DNA of 48,552 nucleotides from a bacterium (GTDB lineage: Bacteria > Zhuqueibacterota > Zhuqueibacteria > Oceanimicrobiales > Oceanimicrobiaceae). Numbering within the stretch: position 1 is the stretch's first letter; each line of letters starts with the position of its first letter. Below, in pieces: positions 1-8,336 of the stretch. The stretch is from the NCBI GenBank assembly GCA_046757025.1, contig JBHHXN010000020.1, positions 1 to 48,552 of the forward strand. The letters run 5' to 3'. The notes beneath the pieces were generated by a model, which saw only the letters and a list, made by a program, of their open reading frames with translations, had not been told where the DNA came from and did no database searches. A program made the translations under genes and the position numbers.

Positions 1-24
1 AAACGGGCTGGCAGCCCGTTTTTG
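1..24. other. GC-rich hairpin upstream of avd (probable DGR post-VR cruciform; could also act as terminator)
   Basis: AAACGGGCT-GGC-AGCCCGTTT is a perfect 9-bp stem with a 3-nt loop, followed by a T-run, about 40 bp before avd. Confidence 0.6.
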
Positions 25-61
25 CCTCGAAAATTTTTTTGGATTTTTCAGGAGCTTAAAC

Positions 62-421
62 ATGGCACAAAAAGAAAACTTACTCACGCGACTGGAGGAT
101 TTCATGGTGTGGTTTTTACCCCATCTGGAAAAATTTCCGCGCAATTACAAGTTCTTAATTGGCGACCGTGCGGTCAAGATTCTGCTGGACATCCTGGAGG
201 ATGTGGCAGACGCCTACTACAGTCACGAAAAATTGGTGAAACTGCAGCGAGCAAATATCGGTCTGGAGAAATTCCGCCGAATCCTGGCGGTCTGCGTGCG
301 CATGCGCTTCCTCACCGCTAAGCAACTGGCCTATGCCTCGAACCGCATGCACGAGATCGGCTCGGATCTCGGCGGCTGGATGAAACAGCAAGCCAGGGTA
401 AAAGGCATCTGTAAACCATGA
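62..421 (+). CDS. avd: DGR accessory variability determinant (Avd; four-helix bundle)
   Basis: 119 aa, basic and helical (FPRNYKFLIGDR ... EIGSDLGGW); RBS CAGGAG; ATGA overlap with the RT. Confidence 0.9.
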   Translation: MAQKENLLTRLEDFMVWFLPHLEKFPRNYKFLIGDRAVKILLDILEDVADAYYSHEKLVKLQRANIGLEKFRRILAVCVRMRFLTAKQLAYASNRMHEIGSDLGGWMKQQARVKGICKP

Positions 422-1479
422 AAAGTTACACTAATCTGTTTAAAAAAATCTGTTCGTTCGAGAATCTCTATCTGGCGTCTCGGAAGGCTGAAAAGGGTAA
501 ACGTTTTCGTCATGAAGTAGCGGTGTTCAACGCCCGGCGCGCCGAGAACCTTCTGGACATTGAACGACTTTTACGCGCCGGTAGATATCCTTTCGGTCAG
601 TTTCGCACATTCAAAATTCTCTACCCAAAACCAAGGATCATCAGCGCCGCTCCGTATGCAGACCGGGTGGTGCACCACGCTGTTATCAACATTATTTGTC
701 CGCTTTTTGAGCGCAAGTTTATGCGGGACAGTTATGCCAATCAAAAAGGGAAAGGGACGCATGCCGCGCTTGACCGGTGCACGTATTACGCCCGGCGCTA
801 TGGCTATGTGCTGCAAATGGACATTCGTAAGTACTTTCCAAGTATTGATCACCAGCTTCTATTGTCAGAAATTGCTCGTACCATCAGGTGTCGCCCCACT
901 CTGGAGCTGGTGAATCAAATCATCGCCAATAGCAACCCGCAAGAAGCGGCTCATTTCTACTTCCCCGGAGACGACTTGTTTGCCCCTTTTGAACGACGCA
1001 AGGGATTGCCCATCGGCAATCTCACCAGCCAGTTCTTTGCCAATGTTTATCTGAATCCGCTCGATCTCTTTGTCAAAGAAGTACTTCGCGCACCGGGGTA
1101 TATTCGCTACGTTGACGATTTACTGGTTTTTAACCATGACAAGAAATGGTTAGATGATTGCAGGCAGGGTGTTCAGCGATTTCTCAACGACTGGCGCCTG
1201 CAACTAAATCCTCACAAGGCAGTGATTTACCCGGTTAGGCGAGGCATTCCGTTCTTAGGCTTCCGGGTCTTTCCAACGCATCGTCGCCTATTACGAAACG
1301 GCGTCAAACGTGCTCGACAAAGACTGAGAGGATTGAGCAAGGGTTATCGCACTGGCAGAATTTCCCTAGAAAAGGTCAATGCTTCGGTACAGGCCTGGCT
1401 CGGACACGTGGGTCATGGTGACACCTGGAGATTGCGCCAGGCTTTGTTTCATCAATATACTTTCAGCAGAGACCAATGA
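418..1479 (+). CDS. DGR-type reverse transcriptase
   Basis: 353 aa; [21 protein letters not shown]-typical [10 protein letters not shown], catalytic RYVDD, FLGF; no maturase/endonuclease extension; flanked by avd and TR. Confidence 0.95.
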   Translation: MKSYTNLFKKICSFENLYLASRKAEKGKRFRHEVAVFNARRAENLLDIERLLRAGRYPFGQFRTFKILYPKPRIISAAPYADRVVHHAVINIICPLFERKFMRDSYANQKGKGTHAALDRCTYYARRYGYVLQMDIRKYFPSIDHQLLLSEIARTIRCRPTLELVNQIIANSNPQEAAHFYFPGDDLFAPFERRKGLPIGNLTSQFFANVYLNPLDLFVKEVLRAPGYIRYVDDLLVFNHDKKWLDDCRQGVQRFLNDWRLQLNPHKAVIYPVRRGIPFLGFRVFPTHRRLLRNGVKRARQRLRGLSKGYRTGRISLEKVNASVQAWLGHVGHGDTWRLRQALFHQYTFSRDQ

Positions 1480-1504
1480 TTTGTATCGATACAAGGGCAG
1501 GTGC

Positions 1505-1630
1505 ACGTCGCGCGTTTTGCGCGGCGGTGCATGGAACAATCAACCTCAAAACGTTACGTGCGCCAATCGCAACAACAACAATCCCGACAACCGTAACAAC
1601 AATATCGGTTTTCGTTGCGCCAAAACACTC
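1505..1630 (+). repeat. DGR template repeat (TR); boundaries approximate without the VR
   Basis: Reads [37 protein letters not shown] with 12 AAC/AAT codons; matches the C-terminus of FGE-sulfatase/CLec domains (RGGxW...R...GFRC); directly after the RT stop. Confidence 0.92.
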
Positions 1631-1772
1631 GCTCATGGTGTCAGGACCTGCAATTGTTGTCCAGACCTGTTTTCCCGGAAGCTGGCAGCTCACGGGTTGC
1701 CAGAGTGTGGAACAATGGGTGTTCACAGCGCCTGTCCAGTGTTCTGTTATTGCAGAACCGAAAACAAAAAAG

Positions 1773-1825
1773 CATGGCTGCGGTTAGTAGACTGGCAAAC
1801 TGGCAGTTCGAAAACGGCAGCCATG
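1773..1825 (+). ncRNA. Structured 3' spacer hairpin of the putative DGR RNA
   Basis: CATGGCTGCGGTT / AACGGCAGCCATG inverted repeat (1 mismatch) enclosing AGTA ... GAA and an inner ACTG/CAGT stem. Confidence 0.5.
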
Positions 1826-1859
1826 GAAATCTATCGTTATTAAAGGAATTAGAAAACTA

Positions 1860-2258
1860 ATGAATACCAGGGTAGACTGCTTTTTCTTGATAGCTACTTT
1901 CCTCGTCAACTGCGCCGGTTCCCTCCCACGCGTGAGAGACGTCACCGAACTGGCGCCGCCGCAAAAGGTACAATATGAAATTCAAAACCGAAGCGTCTTC
2001 CTGACCTGGCAAGCCAGCCCACACGCAGCGAACGCCCATTTTGCCGGCTACAATATTTATATTGCTAAGAAAAGTTTAATACTCGCCCCTATCAAAGATC
2101 TTCCGCGGCCCATCCGTCTGGATAAAAAAGAAACTCAGTATGAGCTAAAAAATCTCCAACGGGATGCTAAATATTTCATCCACCTGCGAAGTCGCAACAC
2201 AAAGGGTGAGATCAGCTTACCTTCCCTGCCCGAATTAGTCGTGCCCGCAAACAAATAA
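1860..2258 (+). CDS. Putative lipoprotein with fibronectin type III-like domain
   Basis: Lipobox-like LVNC; FN3 pattern (PP..V...SVFLTW, GYNIY, YELKNL...KYFIHLRSRN..GEIS). Confidence 0.7.
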   Translation: MNTRVDCFFLIATFLVNCAGSLPRVRDVTELAPPQKVQYEIQNRSVFLTWQASPHAANAHFAGYNIYIAKKSLILAPIKDLPRPIRLDKKETQYELKNLQRDAKYFIHLRSRNTKGEISLPSLPELVVPANK

Positions 2259-2291
2259 ATTCGATCTGCGCCATTGCAACAGAAAAAAAAC

Positions 2292-2320
2292 TTGACAATT
2301 TTGTTTTTTTTTGTTACGAT
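2292..2320 (+). promoter_or_regulatory. sigma70-type promoter for ssb
   Basis: TTGACA-N17-TACGAT. Confidence 0.75.
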
Positions 2321-2363
2321 GAAAAAACAATTAAATTCATTAACAAGTGTGCAGGAGGGTGAA

Positions 2364-2807
2364 ATGGCTATTGGTAAAGGTTCTGTCAACAAAGTCATAT
2401 TGGTTGGAAATTTGGGTCAGGACCCCGAATTGAAGTACACACCAAGCGGGGCTGCGGTGACCAACTTCAGTATCGCAACCAACGAAGTGTGGAAGGACAA
2501 CGACGGCAACAAACAGGAACGCACCGAATGGCATCGCGTGGTGCTGTGGAGGAGACTGGCGGAAATCGCCGGAGAGTATTTGAAGAAAGGCAGCAAAATT
2601 TACGTGGAAGGGCGTTTGCAGACTCGCTCCTGGGAAGACAAGGACGGCGTCAAAAGATATACCACCGAAGTCCTGGTGGATAATATGACCATGCTCGATT
2701 CCAAAGGTGACACCGGTCGCAGCGAGGCGGCCCCGCCACCGAACGTCATGGACGCCGAACCCCCGGCGGAGAGTGCTTCTGCTGAAGAAGATGATTTACC
2801 ATTTTAA
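2364..2807 (+). CDS. ssb: Single-stranded DNA-binding protein
   Basis: [31 protein letters not shown], acidic DDLPF tip; start moved to ATG 2364 after AGGAGG. Confidence 0.97.
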   Translation: MAIGKGSVNKVILVGNLGQDPELKYTPSGAAVTNFSIATNEVWKDNDGNKQERTEWHRVVLWRRLAEIAGEYLKKGSKIYVEGRLQTRSWEDKDGVKRYTTEVLVDNMTMLDSKGDTGRSEAAPPPNVMDAEPPAESASAEEDDLPF

Positions 2808-2866
2808 TACACTACAAGTAAAATTGTGATCATCGTGTTCCAGGCTGCGCATGGTTTTAAAAAAAC

Positions 2867-2894
2867 ATCCGAGATTTATTCTCGGATTTTTTTT
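2867..2894 (+). terminator. Intrinsic terminator after ssb
   Basis: ATCCGAGA-TTTAT-TCTCGGAT plus T-run, with an A-run upstream. Confidence 0.7.
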
Positions 2895-2958
2895 GATAAT
2901 TGCAAGCCATCGAGAAATAGACCGCACAATACTAATTCATTATTTCTAAAGTGATTCA

Positions 2959-3369
2959 GTGACCAGAGAAAGACTTTCCGATTTAGTGTCGCAAGCTAAA
3001 AAGGCCCAGGAAAAGGCCCGCGCTCCTTACTCACATTTCCCGGTAGGCGCCGCACTGTCCACGTCCACCGGAAAAATTTATACCGGCTGCAATATCGAAG
3101 TGAGCTCATACGGACTCACCATTTGCGCGGAGCGCGTGGCCATGTTCAAAGCCCTGTCGGAAGGCGAGTCGGAATTTACCGCCATGGTGATCACCGCAAA
3201 AATCGAAGATTATTGCCCGCCCTGCGGCGCTTGTCGGCAGGTACTGTTCGACTATGCACCGCAGCTCGAAATCATTCTGATGAATTCGAAGGGCAAGCTG
3301 AAACACACCTCCATCGCTGATTTGCTGCCCGAAGCCTTCAACGATAATTTTTTAAACAAACAAAAATAA
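2959..3369 (+). CDS. cdd: Cytidine deaminase (homotetrameric type)
   Basis: APYSHFPVGAA, GCNIE, CAER, PCGACRQ. Confidence 0.95.
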   Translation: MTRERLSDLVSQAKKAQEKARAPYSHFPVGAALSTSTGKIYTGCNIEVSSYGLTICAERVAMFKALSEGESEFTAMVITAKIEDYCPPCGACRQVLFDYAPQLEIILMNSKGKLKHTSIADLLPEAFNDNFLNKQK

Positions 3370-3385
3370 AAACCGGAATTCAACA

Positions 3386-4018
3386 TTGAAAGAAAAAGGC
3401 ATACTCATCGGAATCGCTGGCGGCACGGGGTCGGGAAAGACTCTGGTTGCAAAAAACATCTATGCCGATTTAGGTTCGGATAGAGTCGTGCGAATTTGCC
3501 AGGATTCGTACTACAAAGATTTGAGTCACATTGAACCCGAAAAAAGACATGCTCAGAATTTCGATCATCCGGATGCCATCGATTCGGAGCTGCTGATTGA
3601 GCACGTCAAAGCGCTGATAAATGGCCAAACCATCTCCCAGCCAATTTATGATTTCGTGACCCACACCCGCACCGATAAATTCAGCCTCATCGGTCCCCAT
3701 TCCATCATCGTCCTGGAAGGTATTTTAATTTTTGACAATCCCGAGCTGCGCGAGCTTATGGACATCAAAATTTATGTGGACACCGACCCCGACATACGCT
3801 TGATCCGCCGACTCCAGCGCGACATCTTGGAGCGCGGGCGGTCCATGGAATCCGTGATCAAGCAGTACGAAGAAAGCGTGCGCCCCATGCATTTGCAGTT
3901 TGTTGAGCCTTCCAAAAGATATGCCGATATCATCGTACCCGAAGGCGGCTACAACAAGGTTGCCATCGATTTGATTAAGACCAAAATCAAAGCGTTATTG
4001 CGAGAAAAAGCAGAATAA
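3386..4018 (+). CDS. udk: Uridine kinase
   Basis: GGTGSGKT, QDSYY, NFDHPDA, EGIL, RRLQRD, FVEPSKRYAD. Confidence 0.95.
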   Translation: MKEKGILIGIAGGTGSGKTLVAKNIYADLGSDRVVRICQDSYYKDLSHIEPEKRHAQNFDHPDAIDSELLIEHVKALINGQTISQPIYDFVTHTRTDKFSLIGPHSIIVLEGILIFDNPELRELMDIKIYVDTDPDIRLIRRLQRDILERGRSMESVIKQYEESVRPMHLQFVEPSKRYADIIVPEGGYNKVAIDLIKTKIKALLREKAE

Positions 4019-4057
4019 CCATTTGCTCATCTATTCAAAAGCGAGGAGAAGAAAAGT

Positions 4058-4627
4058 ATGTTAAATGTGGTTTCAAAAGATTCCGGATGGATCGAAGTGA
4101 TCACGGGCAGTATGTTCAGCGGTAAGTCGGAGGAGCTCATTCGAAGATTGCGGCGAGCCGAAATCGCCCGCCAAAAAGTGGCCATTTTTAAACCACAAAT
4201 TGACAACCGTTATTCTGCAAATCACATCGTCTCTCACAATGAGCAAAAAATCCCTTCCATCGCGGTCAAAGACGCCTGGGAAATCCTGGAAAAATCGCAG
4301 GCCGCCAAAGTGGTGGGAATCGACGAAGGTCAATTTTTCGGGCCCGAGATCACCGAAGTGTGCGAAAAGCTCGCTTACGAAGGTAAGCGGGTTATCGTGG
4401 CGGGATTGGACCAGGATTACCGGGGGCTGCCATTTGATCCCATGCCGCAAATTATGGCTATCGCCGAGTACATCACCAAAACCCTGGCCATTTGCGTGAA
4501 ATGCGGCAACCCGGCCAATCGAACTCAACGTATCACCACACAAAAGGATAGAGTCATCGTAGGTGCCATGGACATCTACGAAGCAAGATGCCGAAATTGT
4601 TTTGAACCACCACAAGAAATGGAATAA
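4058..4627 (+). CDS. tdk: Thymidine kinase
   Basis: GSMFSGKSEEL, IDEGQF, AGLDQD, Zn-binding C..C and YEARCR.C. Confidence 0.96.
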   Translation: MLNVVSKDSGWIEVITGSMFSGKSEELIRRLRRAEIARQKVAIFKPQIDNRYSANHIVSHNEQKIPSIAVKDAWEILEKSQAAKVVGIDEGQFFGPEITEVCEKLAYEGKRVIVAGLDQDYRGLPFDPMPQIMAIAEYITKTLAICVKCGNPANRTQRITTQKDRVIVGAMDIYEARCRNCFEPPQEME

Positions 4628-4636
4628 CTGAACATG

Positions 4637-4804
4637 AGATTTCTACAAAATGCTCACTTTCTGTCATTTTGAGAAAGGAAGCGACCAAGAATCTGTAACC
4701 ACCAAATTATCAGATTTTCAAAATGTTAGTGGTCTGAAATTCTTCGCTTTCTCTCTTGACCGAATTTGCACAGAATGACATTTATGAGCCTTTTACAGAT
4801 ATCT
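4637..4804. repeat. Nested palindromic intergenic element
   Basis: Outer IR AGATTTCTACAAAATGCTCA / TGAGCCTTTTACAGATATCT (16/20); inner IR TGTCATTTTG / CAGAATGACA plus GAAGCGA...AAGAAT / ATTCTTCGCT. Confidence 0.65.
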
Positions 4805-4838
4805 GTTACCGAACACAGAAAAAGGAGGGAGGATTTTT

Positions 4839-6452
4839 ATGGAGCGTTTTATCAGTTTCATCGGCATGATCGTGTTGCTGGGGCTGGCCTGGCTTTTGTC
4901 AAACAACAAATTTAAAATTCGACCGCGTATCATCTTCTGGGGTCTGGGAATTCAACTTTTGTTTGCTCTGATCGTTCTCGGTGAAAGTATTTATTCCATC
5001 ATCGGGATGTTTGTTTTGCACTGCATGATTTTGATTTTTATTTTTACCGAAGAGCTTTCCAAATTTCAAACCGTTGTACAGCAAATCCTGTCGAGCGCTT
5101 TGGTGGTGGCAGCGGCCGCGGGGATCAGCGCAGTCGCCTATTCAATGGATGATTTTAACGCGGCGGTGCCTCTGCTAATTTTATCGGCGCTTACCGCCGG
5201 CTGGTTTTTCTATAAAAAAAACAACCGCTTACAAAGAGTGTTCGTGGCGCTTTCTTTAACCGTTGGCTTTGGCATTCTTGTCGCAAAAAACTTATATGGT
5301 CAAATCATTTTCAAAGCCTTAAGCGAAAAAGTCGATGGTTTCTTAAAGCTGACTGACTTCGGTACTGGCTTTCTCTTTGGCAATCTAATCAAAACCGAAT
5401 ACATCGGACAGTTTGGCTTTCAATTTGCTTTTGCGGTGCTGCCAACCATCATCTTTTTTGCGGCCTTTATGTCCATTCTCTACTACTTCGGCATCATTCA
5501 GGTCATCGTGCAGGTGATGGCCAGATTCATGCGCTGGACCCTGGGCACCAGCGGCGCCGAAACGCTCTCATGCTCCGCAAATATATTTGTCGGGCAAACC
5601 GAAGCGCCGTTGTTAATTAAACCCTTTTTAAAAGATATGACGGTTTCGGAATTGTCCACGATCATGGTTGGCGGATTTGCCACCATTGCCGGCGGCGTGC
5701 TGGCGGGATATATTCGCATGGGAATTGATCCCGGGCATTTGATCGCGGCAAGCGTGATGTCCGCTCCGGCCGCACTGGTCATCGGCAAAATCATCTACCC
5801 GGAAACCGAACATTCGGTGACCGCCGGCGATGTCGAGATTCCCAAAGTCCAGACCGCCAATAATCTTCTGGAAGCGGTATCCAACGGCATCACCGATGGG
5901 TTGAAACTGGCCGTAAATGTCGGTGCTATGTTAGTGGGCTTTATTGCTCTCATCGCTTTGTTCGACGTCATATTGAATTTTCTGGATGGCATCATCGATG
6001 GTAAACTGCTGGGCGGCGTCTATGTCGCGGCTGCCGACAACCCGTTTTCGCCGGTCAAAGGGGAGTACTCTGGTATCTTTCCGGGCAGTTTAAAAACGTT
6101 TTTTGGCAATGCTTTGCGTTATCTGGCGTTTGTCATGGGAACGCCCTGGAAAGACACCATCGAAGTAGGCAACCTGCTGGGCTTGAAATTGGCGGTCAAT
6201 GAGTTTGTCGCTTACGGTGCGCTGGGAGATCACATCGCAAAAAGTACGCTCTCGCCGAGATCGGTGATCATCGCCACTTACGCTTTGTGCGGCTTTGCCA
6301 ATTTTGCTTCCATCGGCATTCAAATCGGCGGCATCGGCGCCATCGCGCCGGATCGCCGGCGCGACCTGGCAAAAGTGGGACTGAAAGCCATGTTGGGCGG
6401 CGCTCTGGCAAGCTGGATGACCGCCACCATTGCGGGTTTTCTGATAAATTAG
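4839..6452 (+). CDS. nupC: Concentrative nucleoside transporter (CNT/NupC family) with extra N-terminal membrane insertion
   Basis: VLPTIIFF, TSGAE, NIFVGQTEAPL, GFATIAGG, NEFVAY, YALCGFANFASIGIQIGG. Confidence 0.93.
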   Translation: MERFISFIGMIVLLGLAWLLSNNKFKIRPRIIFWGLGIQLLFALIVLGESIYSIIGMFVLHCMILIFIFTEELSKFQTVVQQILSSALVVAAAAGISAVAYSMDDFNAAVPLLILSALTAGWFFYKKNNRLQRVFVALSLTVGFGILVAKNLYGQIIFKALSEKVDGFLKLTDFGTGFLFGNLIKTEYIGQFGFQFAFAVLPTIIFFAAFMSILYYFGIIQVIVQVMARFMRWTLGTSGAETLSCSANIFVGQTEAPLLIKPFLKDMTVSELSTIMVGGFATIAGGVLAGYIRMGIDPGHLIAASVMSAPAALVIGKIIYPETEHSVTAGDVEIPKVQTANNLLEAVSNGITDGLKLAVNVGAMLVGFIALIALFDVILNFLDGIIDGKLLGGVYVAAADNPFSPVKGEYSGIFPGSLKTFFGNALRYLAFVMGTPWKDTIEVGNLLGLKLAVNEFVAYGALGDHIAKSTLSPRSVIIATYALCGFANFASIGIQIGGIGAIAPDRRRDLAKVGLKAMLGGALASWMTATIAGFLIN

Positions 6453-6999
6453 TCGTTGAGTGAAAACTTACCAATAATATTTGAAATTTTTGAATGTTAT
6501 AACCTGAAATTATTATCAAGTCAGTTTAACATTCAGCTATTGGCATTTAGCTGTTGGCTTTTGGCCATGGTTAATAAATTGGTTGCAGACTATGAGAGAT
6601 TTCAGGACTCTGAATATTTGAAACTGTGGTATGGCGGTCGTTAAACAAGTTCACCGATTGGCAGAATTCCTTCTCGCTGAAGAAAAATAGGGCTTAAAAT
6701 GTCAGAGACAATCTCTCAGAAATCCAGAACAAAGAATCTAAACATATGTGCCACTCCCCTGCGAAAGTCACATAAATGCACACTCTCAAGCAAAAGAAGC
6801 TCCTTTTGATTGGACGCAAAGCGCATTTTTTTTAAGATTCTTCCAAACTGTCCCGCAAAGGTAGGGAATGATAGGTAAAGCGTGTTCGATTCTTATTGGA
6901 TATTGTGGCTTTACGCACAGACAATGAAGCCTGAACACTCCGTGGTAAATTCATTTTGGAGAATTCTGAAAGTGAATTCTTTAAGGAGGATAAAAATTA

Positions 7000-8286
7000 A
7001 TGGAACGCTTGATCAGTGGGGTGGGCTGTCTTGTTTTGTTGGGAACCGCTTGGCTGCTTTCCAATAACAAGCGGGAAATCAACCTGCGTGTGGTTTTGTG
7101 GGGATTGCTTTTGCAATTCATCTTTGCGTTTATCATCCTGAAAACGACGCCCGGTCAAGTGGTTTTCGAATACGCCAGAAGCGCGATCACCCGATTGCTG
7201 AGTTTTACCGACAGCGGTGCGGCGTTTTTATTTGGCACTCTTTATCGAGCGGATCCCGACATCGTGAAAGAGCTCGGGGGAGACGGTCCGTTTCAAATCT
7301 GGGATCCAGAAAACAATCAATTTATCAATATCGGAATCGTGTTCGCGATGCACGTTCTGCCCACCATCATCTTTTTTGCTTCCCTGATGTCTATCCTATA
7401 TCATCTGGGGATCATGCAGCGCATCGTCAATGCCGTCGCCAGGGTTATGTCCAAATTTATGGGCACCAGCGGCGCGGAAAGTCTCTCGGTGGCAGCCAAT
7501 ATTTTTATCAGCCAAACCGAAGCTCCACTGGTGGTGAAGCCGTTCCTGGGCGCCATGACCATGTCGGAGTTGATGGTCATCATGACGGGCGGGTTTGCCA
7601 CCGTCGCAGCCGGCGTGATGGTCGCCTACGTGCGATTTGGAGTGGATGCGGGTCATCTGCTGGCGGCAAGCGTCATGTCGGCGCCGGCTGCGCTGGTGAT
7701 GGCCAAAATCATTTTTCCCGAAACCGAAGAATCGCAAACCCAGGGTGAGGTCAAAATCGAAATCGAGAAAACGACCGTCAATGTGGTGGACGCCGCGGCC
7801 AGCGGCGCCGCCGATGGACTGAAGCTCGCCCTGAATGTGGGCGCCATGCTGCTGGCATTTATTGCGCTAATCGCCATGCTGGATTTTGTTTTGCACAATC
7901 TGGGTTTGGTCATCGGCATTGAAGAGCTAAGCCTGAAAAAAATATTGGGATACATCTTTGCGCCGTTGGCGCTGCTCATGGGGGTAGAGCTACCGGATGT
8001 GCTGAATTTTGGATATTTGCTGGGGACAAAGATATCCCTGAACGAATTTGTGGCGTTCATTCAACTGGGTCAGTGGAAAGAGACGCTCTCACCGCGCTCC
8101 TTCACCATCGCCACTTATGCCCTGTGTGGGTTTGCCAATTTCAGCTCCATCGCCATCCAGATTGGCGTCATTGGGGGGATTGCACCCAATAGAAAACACG
8201 ACCTGGCGAGGCTCAGCCTGAAAGCCATGATCGCAGGCGCCCTGGCCTCCTGGCTAACCGCCACGGTTGCCGGTTTATTGATTTGA
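7000..8286 (+). CDS. nupC: Concentrative nucleoside transporter (CNT/NupC family), second paralogue
   Basis: Same CNT motifs (VLPTIIFF, QTEAPL, NEFVAF, YALCGFANFSSIAIQIG). Confidence 0.93.
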   Translation: MERLISGVGCLVLLGTAWLLSNNKREINLRVVLWGLLLQFIFAFIILKTTPGQVVFEYARSAITRLLSFTDSGAAFLFGTLYRADPDIVKELGGDGPFQIWDPENNQFINIGIVFAMHVLPTIIFFASLMSILYHLGIMQRIVNAVARVMSKFMGTSGAESLSVAANIFISQTEAPLVVKPFLGAMTMSELMVIMTGGFATVAAGVMVAYVRFGVDAGHLLAASVMSAPAALVMAKIIFPETEESQTQGEVKIEIEKTTVNVVDAAASGAADGLKLALNVGAMLLAFIALIAMLDFVLHNLGLVIGIEELSLKKILGYIFAPLALLMGVELPDVLNFGYLLGTKISLNEFVAFIQLGQWKETLSPRSFTIATYALCGFANFSSIAIQIGVIGGIAPNRKHDLARLSLKAMIAGALASWLTATVAGLLI

Positions 8287-8336
8287 ATTTACACAGTGAT
8301 TGAATGATCAAATAAGTACCGGCACGCCCACGCCCA

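Larger units (their letters stand above)
62..1830 (+). mobile_element. Diversity-generating retroelement core (avd-RT-TR-spacer); target gene outside the window
   Basis: Co-occurrence of avd, DGR-RT and AAY-rich TR. Confidence 0.9.

Noticed and set aside
418..1479. RT as group II intron, retron or CRISPR-associated RT
   Set aside because: Short, with the IGNLTSQ motif, upstream avd and downstream TR; no maturase/endonuclease domain and no cas genes
1379..1843. 154-aa ORF with Asn-rich FGE-like segment as a protein-coding target gene
   Set aside because: It is the stop-free reading of the TR, overlaps the RT and lacks the rest of the domain
6534..6570. Heptamer tandem (AGCTATT-GGCATTT-AGCTGTT-GGCTTTT) and the 62-aa ORF over it
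   Set aside because: Only about four degenerate units; low-complexity intergenic remnant with no credible protein
6785..6870. c-di-GMP-I riboswitch suggested by GGACGCAAAGC
   Set aside because: Lacks the upstream GGCAAA/GAAA tetraloop arm and the matching 3' stem; an Rfam cmscan would settle it
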